From positions 2,018 through 66,017 of the forward strand of contig JAFZPN010000167.1 of assembly GCA_017550315.1 (NCBI GenBank): DNA of 64,000 nt, given 5' to 3'. The notes under the pieces are model-generated. The model had not been told where the DNA came from, did no database searches, and saw only the letters and a list, made by a program, of their open reading frames with translations. Position 1 is the first letter of the stretch. Every line of letters begins with the position of its first letter. This document shows, in pieces, positions 8,132-16,739 of the stretch. A program made the translations under genes and the position numbers. Origin of the DNA: Clostridia bacterium (GTDB taxonomy: Bacteria; Bacillota; Clostridia; Oscillospirales; CAG-272).

Positions 8132-10354
8132 TTACTTATGTTCCGCCAGCCAGATGGACACGCGCGATTGCAGATTCGCCGCGCAGACCTCCGGCGTGCT
8201 GTGACCCGCGGCCATGGCGGACAGTTCTTCCCCGACGAGTTCTTCGAGGGAGACGTCAAAGCCTACCGCCCACGGAGAACCCGCGCCGTCGAGTATTCCG
8301 CGGAATTCTTCGGCATCTTCCTTTGTGAAGACTTTCCGGAATCCCGCTTTGTCCGGCTTCGGATCTTCCGGTCCGCATGACACGGAACCATCGGCATAAT
8401 ATGAGAAGACGTATCCTTCGTGTGATTCGGCATACGCGTCATACCCGCTCTTCAGGATGTTAGATGCCCGGTAGTCCCCGTTGGCGGTCGTATATAGCGC
8501 TTCCCCGACATGATCCGTCAGATACTGTAAAAACGTCCAGCATTCCTCCTTGCGGTCGGAGCATTTCAGGATCACGGTCGGACTGGACGGCACCGTGACA
8601 ATGCCGCTGTACGGGATTTCCGCGTTTTCCGTGGGATAGCCGATCACGGTGATTCCTTCGGTTTGATACAGGCCGAAACCGCTGAACCAGTCGAACGGCC
8701 CGGTGATGTCGAGCCCGTAAAGCGCAACCTGTCCGTCCCGGTACACGGCCGTGCCTTCATCAAATTGCCGCCGCTCCACCGCTGAACGCCTGCTCAGTTC
8801 CTCATTCGTCACGGGAAGGGAGGACATATAGGTCAGGAAACGGATCGCCTCCGGGCTCGTGAAGGAACAGGTCCCCGTCTCCATATCGATGAATGCCCGC
8901 AAATCGGTATAGTACATCAGTTTGAACGGCGCCAGATCCTGCCGGAGCCCGCTCATGGCTTCCGCATCCCCGCGCGGAAAGGATTCGACAAAGTCGAGTT
9001 CTTCTGTCAGGGTCCATGAGGTCCGGCCCGCGTATTTTCCCATAAGGGAGTCGAGTCCGATCAGTGTCCTGTATCGGATCTCCTCGGGAATGCCCCAGAT
9101 CGCCCCGTCATACGTCATCGTCCGGATTGCCGAGCCGAAGAGATTGTCCATCCGGAGATCCCCCTCCCCGCGGAGAAGATAGGGGGTCAGGTCTTCAAAC
9201 AGATGATGCGCGGTGATCGTGTCGAGGAGGGAGGCATACCCCGTAGAGATCATGTCCGCCTGATACGTCCCGGTCATGAGGCCGACGAGGAACGCGTCCT
9301 TCGCCCGGAGCCCGTCCCCGTCGAATGCGTCCGGGTAGACGATGACGTTGATATGGATGTCCGGGTGCGTCCGGTTGAAATTTGCAATGAGCTTCTTGAT
9401 CTCCGCCCGCGGTTCGAGCCAGAAAACCAGATCCACCTCCGCCGTCTCCGCATCTTCGTCCGTCATCCGGTAGTTCCACAGGATCCGTTTTTCTCCGTCA
9501 GACAGAGAATACAGCGTTTCGCCGTCGCTTCGGACCATCAGCAGCACGGAGTTCTGCGGCACAATATCCGCCGCGGTGTAATCAACCTTCAGCGACCAGC
9601 CGTTCCCCTCCCATGCAAAGAGACCTTTGGCGGCTTCGCAGTACAGCGTATTTTCCGAAAACCACAACCGGGTCACGCCGTTTGGAGCCCCGCGGCTTTC
9701 TGTCACGTTCCCGTTTGCGTCATACCGCCGCAAGGCTTTGCCCGTCAGGATCCATGCGCCGCTCTCCCCGTCCGGAACGAGGGAAAACGGGACGTCCTCC
9801 ACCGGAAAAGAAGTCCGGAGCGAAAGATCCTTTTCCACAATGCCCACGCGATCCTGAAAAGCGATCCAGACGGCCCCGTCCCCGCTCACCGCGATCTCCC
9901 GCGGAACAGCCCCCGCGACATCCGCGGCCAGTGCGGAGATACGCGTATCGCCGTCATGCCGCATTATCCAAAATTGCTCTGATCCGTCCCGCACGAGCAG
10001 ATCGCACCCGCCGGAGGAAAGAACGCCGGAGAGTGGCTCCGCCCCCTCGTCGAGCGGGATCTCCCGAAAAGACCCGTCCGCGGGAATCCATGCCTGCGCG
10101 CCGTTTCCGTCCGTTTTTTTCAGCGTAAGCGTGCCGAACGCGCCGTCCTCCCGATTGACGCAGACGGTCAGCGTTCCCGTCTCTTCGTCGTACCACAGAA
10201 GAAAATACGGCAGGATCTCGCAGCCGCCGAGGTCGACGCTGTCCCCGCGGTAGGAGTAGGTGATCTTCGGCCCGTCTTCATTCTTTTTCCCGCGGCAGCC
10301 CCCTGCCAGGAGAAGCAGCAGGACTGATAACCATACAACGAAAACCCGTTTCAT
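8132..10354 (-). CDS. lipoprotein, paralog of 5583..7901 (solute-binding-type C-terminal domain)
   Basis: Lipobox LLLAGGC. C-terminus ...PEVCAANLQSRVSIWLAEHK matches the neighbouring gene. Start at MKRVFVV after GAAAGG. Confidence 0.6.
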   Translation of the reverse strand: MKRVFVVWLSVLLLLLAGGCRGKKNEDGPKITYSYRGDSVDLGGCEILPYFLLWYDEETGTLTVCVNREDGAFGTLTLKKTDGNGAQAWIPADGSFREIPLDEGAEPLSGVLSSGGCDLLVRDGSEQFWIMRHDGDTRISALAADVAGAVPREIAVSGDGAVWIAFQDRVGIVEKDLSLRTSFPVEDVPFSLVPDGESGAWILTGKALRRYDANGNVTESRGAPNGVTRLWFSENTLYCEAAKGLFAWEGNGWSLKVDYTAADIVPQNSVLLMVRSDGETLYSLSDGEKRILWNYRMTDEDAETAEVDLVFWLEPRAEIKKLIANFNRTHPDIHINVIVYPDAFDGDGLRAKDAFLVGLMTGTYQADMISTGYASLLDTITAHHLFEDLTPYLLRGEGDLRMDNLFGSAIRTMTYDGAIWGIPEEIRYRTLIGLDSLMGKYAGRTSWTLTEELDFVESFPRGDAEAMSGLRQDLAPFKLMYYTDLRAFIDMETGTCSFTSPEAIRFLTYMSSLPVTNEELSRRSAVERRQFDEGTAVYRDGQVALYGLDITGPFDWFSGFGLYQTEGITVIGYPTENAEIPYSGIVTVPSSPTVILKCSDRKEECWTFLQYLTDHVGEALYTTANGDYRASNILKSGYDAYAESHEGYVFSYYADGSVSCGPEDPKPDKAGFRKVFTKEDAEEFRGILDGAGSPWAVGFDVSLEELVGEELSAMAAGHSTPEVCAANLQSRVSIWLAEHK

Positions 10355-10476
10355 CCGCGCGCCTTTCCGCATCGATTATCCGATGACTGCCTTCGTTTTC
10401 TTTCATTGTACCACAGTTCCGTGCGCAGCGCAAGAGCAATTCTCCCCGCTTTTCCCCATCCCCTCGCCGATCGTTC

Positions 10477-10505
10477 TTGCATTCGCCGCCGAAATGTGCT
10501 ATAAT
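10477..10505 (+). promoter_or_regulatory. promoter for the URO-D family gene
   Basis: TTGCAT (10477-10482), 17-nt spacer, TATAAT (10500-10505). It lies inside the 5' end of ORF 10477..11595, so the real start is downstream. Confidence 0.55.
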
Positions 10506-10581
10506 GGGAACCGAAGACGCCCCGGACGGCCGTAATCAAGGAAAGGATTTGTTGCCGGGATCTCCCGGAACGGTACGCATC

Positions 10582-11595
10582 ATGACCTCCAAGGAAATCA
10601 TTCGACGCCTTGTCGCTCACGACGATCCCCCGCGGTTCGGGTATGATTTTGCCAATCTGTCGGACTTCGCGTGGGTCGGCACGCGGCGCTACATCAACCT
10701 GCCTCCCAATCCCTATGACGCATGGGGAGATTATCCGGAGCTGAAGGCAATCACGCACTTCTCGGGAGAAGTCCGCCGGGACATCTACGGAAACATCTAC
10801 GGACGCTTCAACGGCAAGACCAAGGGCGAGTGCATCCGCGGCGCGATTCAGGACTGGGACGACTACGAATTCCCGCTGCCCGACTTCGATCCCGGCTACC
10901 GAAAGGAGCTCCTCGACCGGGATCTCGCGCGGCATGAGAAATACATTCTCGGCGGCGGAGGCTCGCTGTTCTCCGTCCTGCGCGACGCCCGTCTGATCGC
11001 CAACGCCCTCATGGACACCATCACGGATCCGGAGCAGGTGTCAGCGTTCGTGGACATGCTCGCGGAGCACGAGGCCGCCGTCATCAAGAGCGTCGCGGGC
11101 TGCGGGATCGACGGCTGGTTTTTCGGAGACGATCTCGGGACGCAGGAGACCACGTTCATGTCGCCCGACTCGTTCCGGGAGCTGTTCAAGCCCGCGTACA
11201 AAAAGGTCGCGGATGCCGCGCACGAGGCCGGGATGGCGGTCTTCATGCACTCGTGCGGGAACGACTACGGCCTGATCGAGGACCTGATCGACGCGGGGAT
11301 CGACGTGTTCCAGTTCGATCAGCCGGACGTGTATCCCACGGAAGTCCTCGTCGACGAATTCGCGAGCCGCGTCGTCTTTCACTCGCCCGTCGACATCCAG
11401 AAGGTCCTTCCCACCGGGGACCGGGATTTCATCGAATCCCGCGCGCGGAGGATGTGCGAGCTGTTCCGCTCCGTCGGCGGCGGGTGGATCGCGAAGGATT
11501 ATCCGACCTACGACGACATCGGGGTGAAGCGGGAATGGGCGGCGTGGGCCCAGACGGTCATCGTCGAAAACAGCGCGATCCCGCAGAACGGATAA
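10582..11595 (+). CDS. uroporphyrinogen decarboxylase (URO-D) family protein / methyltransferase-like
   Basis: Overall URO-D-like TIM-barrel pattern (FGDDLGTQ, FMHSCGN, FQFDQP). Start is uncertain: ATG 10582, or TTG 10549/10552 after AAGGAAAGGA. Confidence 0.6.
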   Translation: MTSKEIIRRLVAHDDPPRFGYDFANLSDFAWVGTRRYINLPPNPYDAWGDYPELKAITHFSGEVRRDIYGNIYGRFNGKTKGECIRGAIQDWDDYEFPLPDFDPGYRKELLDRDLARHEKYILGGGGSLFSVLRDARLIANALMDTITDPEQVSAFVDMLAEHEAAVIKSVAGCGIDGWFFGDDLGTQETTFMSPDSFRELFKPAYKKVADAAHEAGMAVFMHSCGNDYGLIEDLIDAGIDVFQFDQPDVYPTEVLVDEFASRVVFHSPVDIQKVLPTGDRDFIESRARRMCELFRSVGGGWIAKDYPTYDDIGVKREWAAWAQTVIVENSAIPQNG

Positions 11596-11618
11596 AGCGG
11601 CACCGCCATGCACAAACA

Positions 11619-11658
11619 AAAGCGATCCATGATCGGAGAGATCATGAATCGCTTTTTT
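11619..11658. terminator. bidirectional rho-independent terminator
   Basis: AGCGATCCATGATC / GATCATGAATCGCT stem flanked by an A-tract on the left and TTTTTT on the right. Confidence 0.7.
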
Positions 11659-11745
11659 GATCGAGGTTTCGCGGGAAAGCAATGAAAATGGCGCCGATCT
11701 TCGGAGAGATTTGTGCATGATCTCCGCAGCCAGCGCCTATTTTCG

Positions 11746-11769
11746 TCTCTGAGTGACTGGACTTGAACC
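11746..11769. repeat. attL core (24-bp direct repeat of the tRNA-Pro 3' end)
   Basis: TCTCTGAGTGACTGGACTTGAACC is identical to 47205-47228. Confidence 0.85.
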
Positions 11770-11808
11770 CGCAAGCATGAACCAAAAAACTGTTGTTATT
11801 ATTGACTT

Positions 11809-12876
11809 TCAGGGCTGTTCATTCTCAACGTGTTGCACGCCGTGTTGCATGGTTTCCAGTTTACTATACAGGGCGGCGGTGATCTCGCGGTCCCGGTCAG
11901 CCATCAAGTGACCGTACACCCGGCGCAGCATGTTCGGCGTTTTGTGCCCGAGGCGGCGGACGATGTAATGCTCCGGCGCGTTCACCGAGAGAAGGAGCGA
12001 GGCATAATAGTGCCGAAGATTGTGAAAATGTATGTCGAGGCCGCGCCTGGCTGCCGCCCGCCGAAATCCGCTCGTGATGTACGCCGGGTGCACCGGTTTG
12101 TAATCCGACGGCAGGGCGAGGAGCTTCTCGATCAGCCAGGCCGGGCAGTCGACGTCCCGCGTGCTCTCATACGTTTTCGTGCGGTTCTCGACGAACCACT
12201 CGCCGTCCGCGTTCTCCGTCATACACCGCCGCACCCGGAGCACGCCGCGCTTTTTGTCGATGTCGTCCGGGAATTTCAGGGCCGCGATCTCGCCGCGACG
12301 GAGCCCGCAGGCCGCGCCGATGAGCACCGGGATCTCAAGCCGCGTTCCGGCGATGTCCTCGAGGAGACCGGCGAGCTGCTCTTCCGTCGGAATGTTCATT
12401 TCCGACTTGATGAGCGCGGGGAGATTCACGTCCGGGCGGAAGTCCGGGAACGCGGTGACGACAGCGATCCGCACGAGGCCCCAGGCGTTCCGCACCGATT
12501 TCGGCGCGAGCCTCCGGGCTTCGGCATTGATCTCCCGTTGTATCGTCGCGTTTGTGAGATCACGGATCTTGACGCGCATGATGCCCTGGAAATACCGCGC
12601 CCGATACCCCTTGTACTCGCGGATGGTCTTCGGCGCGAGCACGTTTTCGTTTGTTTCGAGGTATTGATCGATCGCCTCGCCGACTGTCATTTGCGAAGGT
12701 GCCCGATCCTTTTGTATGCCGATCTCCAGCTCCCGTGCACGCGCGGCGGCGAGGAGGTCGGCTTCTTTTTTTGTGTTGGCTGTAAAACTTTCATAAATGC
12801 GTTTTCCGTTCGCGTCCTTGCCGACGTACACCTGCGCGCGCCAGCTTCCGGACGGGAGTTTGTGAGCTTCTGCCAT
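11809..12876 (-). CDS. int: tyrosine recombinase / phage integrase
   Basis: C-terminal catalytic motifs HNLRHYYASLLL and LGHKTPNMLRRVYGHL. Adjacent to attL. Confidence 0.9.
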   Translation of the reverse strand: MAEAHKLPSGSWRAQVYVGKDANGKRIYESFTANTKKEADLLAAARARELEIGIQKDRAPSQMTVGEAIDQYLETNENVLAPKTIREYKGYRARYFQGIMRVKIRDLTNATIQREINAEARRLAPKSVRNAWGLVRIAVVTAFPDFRPDVNLPALIKSEMNIPTEEQLAGLLEDIAGTRLEIPVLIGAACGLRRGEIAALKFPDDIDKKRGVLRVRRCMTENADGEWFVENRTKTYESTRDVDCPAWLIEKLLALPSDYKPVHPAYITSGFRRAAARRGLDIHFHNLRHYYASLLLSVNAPEHYIVRRLGHKTPNMLRRVYGHLMADRDREITAALYSKLETMQHGVQHVENEQP

Positions 12877-12919
12877 GATGAATCCTTTCTGAAAATCTTA
12901 CAACACGGAAATGCAGAGG

Positions 12920-13642
12920 TTATTCGTCGGGGCTCTCCTTTTCGATTTCTGAAAGATAACCGGCGGTGATGATACCGGACGGGAGGGCGACGATCGCGAT
13001 GCCGAAAACGGAAGAGAGCATCGTCACGACGCGCCCCATCACCGTCACCGGGTAAATGTCGCCGTAGCCCATCGTCGTCAAGCTCACCGTCGCCCAGTAG
13101 ACCGCGTCGAAGAAATTCCCGAAGCTGTCGGGCTCGACGTTGATGATGATGAGCGCCGAGACGAGGACGTACACGACGGCCAACGTGCCGACGGCGGCAA
13201 GCGGTTCGCGGGATCGGCGGAAGACCTTCGCGATGATCTGAATGCTCCGGGAGTACCGCGCGGCCTTGAACACCCGGAGGACTCGCAGCGCGCGGAACAT
13301 ACGCATCACGCGGAGAACCTTGAAACCGGAATTGAGGGCGGTGACGGACGGCAAGACAGACAGAAGATCGATCAAGGCCATAAACGAGAACGGGTACCGC
13401 ACGAAGGAAAGCACGGACCGCTTCCCGAACTTATAATCCGCAGTCAGCAGGCGGAGGAAATAGTCAAGAATGAAAATCCCCGCGCAGACCTTGTCCAGCA
13501 CCGCGAAAAAAGGCGGCTCTTCCTTGAAGGCGAGCGGAATGAGGGAGACGACGATCACGACCATCATAAAGGCGTCGTAAATTGCACTTACCCGGTCGCC
13601 GTCTTTCGACGTCTCAATGATTTCAAAAATGCGTTTTCTCAT
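12920..13642 (-). CDS. 6-TM voltage-gated K+ channel (Kv/KvAP-like), prophage-encoded
   Basis: Start at MRKRIFEII after GGAGG. S4 segment LRVMRMFRALRVLRVFKAARYSR has a basic residue every third position. Selectivity filter is TTMGYGD. Confidence 0.8.
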   Translation of the reverse strand: MRKRIFEIIETSKDGDRVSAIYDAFMMVVIVVSLIPLAFKEEPPFFAVLDKVCAGIFILDYFLRLLTADYKFGKRSVLSFVRYPFSFMALIDLLSVLPSVTALNSGFKVLRVMRMFRALRVLRVFKAARYSRSIQIIAKVFRRSREPLAAVGTLAVVYVLVSALIIINVEPDSFGNFFDAVYWATVSLTTMGYGDIYPVTVMGRVVTMLSSVFGIAIVALPSGIITAGYLSEIEKESPDE

Positions 13643-13917
13643 GGAGCCTCCGTTTCTTCGGCGGATTCCATTTCGACGGCGGAGAGGGCTGCCTCCGTCT
13701 CCGAAGCGTCGTCCTTGCTTCCCGGATCGCAGACCGCAAGAATCAGAGCAAGGGCGACGAAGAGCAGCAGGATCCAAACGCACCCGCTCGCGAGCTTCCC
13801 CTTCCATTTACGGGTCGAGGTAGAAATGCGCGTCCCCTTGGATCCGACGGAGAAACCGACGCCGCCGGAAGAAGACGCGCGCACCCGGACGGGACCGACC
13901 TTTTTTGAAAATCTCAT
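13639..13917 (-). CDS. DUF4236-like small membrane protein
   Basis: N-terminus MRFSKKVGPVRVRASSSGGVGFSVGSKGTRIS resembles DUF4236, followed by one TM helix and an acidic tail. ATGA overlaps with both neighbours. Confidence 0.6.
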   Translation of the reverse strand: MRFSKKVGPVRVRASSSGGVGFSVGSKGTRISTSTRKWKGKLASGCVWILLLFVALALILAVCDPGSKDDASETEAALSAVEMESAEETEAP

Positions 13918-14543
13918 GCGTGCCTCCTCGTCAAACTCTTTTGCAGCGTCACGGCCATGCCGATCACGCGGATCGTCTCGAGCTCGGGTCCTTGGTACAC
14001 CTGCGTCCGGAATGCCGGATTCGCGGGCGTGAGGATCAAGGTCGACGTCTCCGGGCGGTAGTCGATGTATTTGATCGTCGCCTCGTCCCCGATCAGAACG
14101 ACGGCGATGTACCCGTTTTCGACGACGTCCATTTGCTTTATAAAGACGATGTCCCCGTCGTCGATATGAGCGCCGGTCATGCTGTCTCCCTGCGCGACGA
14201 GGCAGAAATCCGCGTCGATGTCCCCGGACGCCGTGATCCAGGTCTCGCGGTCCTCGTCGGCGAAGATCGGCTCGCCGCACGCAACCTTCCCCAGAACGGG
14301 GAATTTTTTCTTTTTCACCGGATAAAAGCCGGAAAGCACTTCGGAATCATCCGAACGGCCGAGAAGATAGTCGATCGTCACATGGTAAAAATCGGCGATC
14401 TGAGCGAGCGTGGTATAATCCGGCTCTCTTTTCCCGAGCTCCCAGTTTCCGATGGCGGACTGCGTTACATTCAAGGCTTTCGCAAGTTCCGCCTGCGTGA
14501 GTTTTCGCTCTTTGCGAAGTTTAACAAGTCGTGAGGTGTTCAT
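13914..14543 (-). CDS. CI/LexA-like phage repressor (XRE HTH + S24 peptidase)
   Basis: HTH LTQAELAKALNVTQSAIGNWELGKR. S24 motifs VACGEPI and GDSM...DGDIVFIK. Start may be 14549 or 14543. Confidence 0.85.
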   Translation of the reverse strand: MNTSRLVKLRKERKLTQAELAKALNVTQSAIGNWELGKREPDYTTLAQIADFYHVTIDYLLGRSDDSEVLSGFYPVKKKKFPVLGKVACGEPIFADEDRETWITASGDIDADFCLVAQGDSMTGAHIDDGDIVFIKQMDVVENGYIAVVLIGDEATIKYIDYRPETSTLILTPANPAFRTQVYQGPELETIRVIGMAVTLQKSLTRRHA

Positions 14544-14556
14544 AATCATCCCCCTT

Positions 14557-14699
14557 TTATTTCATTCTGTCCAAATAATAACACACTCCGCTATAAAATA
14601 CAATAGCATTTTGTGTGTTTTTTAGAAAAACAACAAATTGAAATAAAACCCTTGACAGATAAAACGATATGTCATATAATATACATCAGAATGAAATAA
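14557..14699. promoter_or_regulatory. lysis/lysogeny switch with divergent promoters
   Basis: Plus strand: TTGACA 14652-14657, 17 nt, TATAAT 14675-14680. Minus strand: TTGTAT (RC of 14598-14603), 17 nt, TATTAT (RC of 14575-14580). A 13-bp inverted repeat TTATTTCATTCTG (14557-14569) / CAGAATGAAATAA (14687-14699) flanks both. Confidence 0.65.
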
Positions 14700-14713
14700 A
14701 CGGGAGGCAAAAA

Positions 14714-14920
14714 ATGAGACTGAAAGAAATTCGGAAACAGAAAGGGATGACCGCCGAAGAGGTCGGACGCGAAATCGGCGTCACGCAGGCGGCCATCGCA
14801 AACTGGGAGAACAACCGCCGAATCATGAACGTCGACACGCTCGTCCGCCTGTCTCAGGTCCTCGGCTGCACGCCGAACGACCTGCTCGGGTTTGAGACGA
14901 AGGAAGAGGAGAGGGCGTGA
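14714..14920 (+). CDS. Cro-like XRE-family HTH regulator
   Basis: Start at ATG 14714 after GGGAGG. HTH MTAEEVGREIGVTQAAIANWENNRR. Confidence 0.8.
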   Translation: MRLKEIRKQKGMTAEEVGREIGVTQAAIANWENNRRIMNVDTLVRLSQVLGCTPNDLLGFETKEEERA

Positions 14921-14921
14921 G

Positions 14922-15152
14922 ATGACCTACAACGAATGGAGAAACGCAAATCCCGACAGAGGGTACACATGCCGATGGGCTGCGAATGCGCACAGCTTCG
15001 GGCCCAAGGGCGGCGATGTATACGGGGATAAATCGGGCTGCATCGTCGTCCGCGAAGAACCGAGTCCGCTGTCTCGTGATCCGGATTTCGTTATCCTCTA
15101 CCTGTGGCACCCGATCTGCTGCGATCCTCTCGAAGAGGGGGCCGCAGTATGA
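14922..15152 (+). CDS. hypothetical early protein
   Basis: ATG lies 1 nt after the cro stop. In the coding-strand chain of coupled ORFs. Confidence 0.45.
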   Translation: MTYNEWRNANPDRGYTCRWAANAHSFGPKGGDVYGDKSGCIVVREEPSPLSRDPDFVILYLWHPICCDPLEEGAAV

Positions 15153-15481
15153 TCGACTATTTCACCGAAGAGCTCCGCGAGTGGGCGAGGCGGCTGGCAG
15201 CGTCGGCGACCTATTACAACTACACCGTCGACCGCTTCAAAAACTGCCGCGGGAGATACGCCGACGTCCTCGCCGCGGAGAGGGACTTCTACCGCCTGAA
15301 CGTGGAGGCGCACATCGACGGGCTCCGGACGGAGAAAACCATGCAGGCGCGTTCCTCGCGCGTCGGCTTTTCGCTGGACGAGATCGCGCGGGTGTCCGTC
15401 ACGCGGAGAGCGACGACGGTGTCCGCCTCGCCGCGCACATACAGAAAGGAGATCAACCATGAAACCGAAAAAAACGCTTGA
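15149..15481 (+). CDS. hypothetical early protein
   Basis: ATGA overlap with the upstream ORF. Confidence 0.45.
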   Translation: MIDYFTEELREWARRLAASATYYNYTVDRFKNCRGRYADVLAAERDFYRLNVEAHIDGLRTEKTMQARSSRVGFSLDEIARVSVTRRATTVSASPRTYRKEINHETEKNA

Positions 15482-15737
15482 AGAAGTCTATGCGCAGTCC
15501 TCCGTGCTCGGCCTAAACGTGCGAATGCTCATGGCCGTCAACCGTGACAGCCGCGAGGCCGTCGCCGACTATCTCGGGATCTCGCGCAAAACCATGACGG
15601 AGAGGCTCGCGCGGCCGTGGGAATTCCGGCTGCAGGAGCTCGAGGACATCGGCCGGCGGTACGACGTCACCGTTTCGCAGCTCGCGAAGCGGCCCGTGTA
15701 CGTCGAGGACGAGCCCATGCGGGAGGCCGTGCGATGA
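15459..15737 (+). CDS. hypothetical early protein, possible HTH
   Basis: Good RBS AGAAAGGAG. VADYLGISRKTMTERL resembles an HTH. Confidence 0.5.
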   Translation: MKPKKTLEEVYAQSSVLGLNVRMLMAVNRDSREAVADYLGISRKTMTERLARPWEFRLQELEDIGRRYDVTVSQLAKRPVYVEDEPMREAVR

Positions 15738-16033
15738 AGGACAGGCAAAGAGAGACCGAGGCCATGGCGAGATACCGGGCGGCGATCCACGCCCGCGGGC
15801 TGTGCATCCGGTGCCGGAAACCGCTTGAGCCGGAGCGGGCGCATTATCTCGAGTGCGCGGCGTGCATGGAGATCACCAGGCGGAACACCGGCGCCCGGCG
15901 GAAGGAGCTCATCGCGCGCGGACTGTGCATCGACTGCGGGAAAAACGCGGCGCAGGCCGGGCACCTCCGATGCTTCGGATGCGCGCGGCGACGGGCGGAA
16001 TGGCAGGAAAACCACCGGAAAGGTGAAAAATAA
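15734..16033 (+). CDS. Cys-rich zinc-ribbon protein
   Basis: ATGA overlap. Paired CxxC motifs (CIRCRK...CAAC, CIDCGK...CFGC). Confidence 0.5.
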   Translation: MKDRQRETEAMARYRAAIHARGLCIRCRKPLEPERAHYLECAACMEITRRNTGARRKELIARGLCIDCGKNAAQAGHLRCFGCARRRAEWQENHRKGEK

Positions 16034-16071
16034 AAATCAAATGCGGCAGGACCGCAAAGGAGGAAATCACC

Positions 16072-16347
16072 ATGAAACAACCGATCAGAGGATGGGCGTC
16101 GCAGCTGGGTGACGCGGCAAGGGTCGAAAACCTGAAACACACCCTTGAAAACCACGAGGAAAAGACGGCGGTCATCACGGTCAACGTCTTCCCGGACGGG
16201 GCGATCGCGATGTATTGCCTTCCGGATGACATCTACACGACCTCCGTGCACCTGAAAGAGGGGCAGGAGGCAAGCGAGGAGAGGGCCGTGAAAAACCTGA
16301 TTGCCCGGCTGTACCGGGAGCTCGGATGGGAGGAAGAGACAAAATGA
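16072..16347 (+). CDS. hypothetical early protein
   Basis: RBS AAAGGAGG 7 nt upstream of the ATG. Confidence 0.5.
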   Translation: MKQPIRGWASQLGDAARVENLKHTLENHEEKTAVITVNVFPDGAIAMYCLPDDIYTTSVHLKEGQEASEERAVKNLIARLYRELGWEEETK

Positions 16348-16739
16348 AGCCGATGAGCTATACCGCGGACGTGCAGACGCTGCACTCCGGAACAATCGCC
16401 TTTGAGAACGTCCCGGGAAACATCTATCGCGCCATCATCGACCTGCTCGGCGGGCGCGGCGTGATCGAAACGCGGGAGCCGTCCCGTCCGGAGACCGTGG
16501 ATGTGCAGCCGACGCGGCTCGTGCACGTGCTGACGCTGGGGCAGACCCTCCGGAAGCTCCGGTCCCGCGCGAATCTTGCACCCCAGCAGGTGGCAGCCTG
16601 GTGCGGTGTCACGCCGACGACGGTGTACCGCTGGGAGAGCGACAGACGGAAACCGACCCGCCCGAATCGGGAGAGACTGTGCTCACTGTACGGGATCCCG
16701 TCGATCCCGGTGCTATTCGGAGAGGAGGAGACGAAATGA
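16344..16739 (+). CDS. XRE-family HTH domain protein
   Basis: ATGA overlap. C-terminal HTH LAPQQVAAWCGVTPTTVYRWESDRRKP. Confidence 0.6.
   Translation: MKPMSYTADVQTLHSGTIAFENVPGNIYRAIIDLLGGRGVIETREPSRPETVDVQPTRLVHVLTLGQTLRKLRSRANLAPQQVAAWCGVTPTTVYRWESDRRKPTRPNRERLCSLYGIPSIPVLFGEEETK

Noticed and set aside
13639-14280. 213-aa minus-strand ORF overlapping the repressor gene
   Set aside because: Only its last 92 codons (from ATG 13917) are credible as the DUF4236-like protein. The upstream part is an alternative frame of the S24 repressor.
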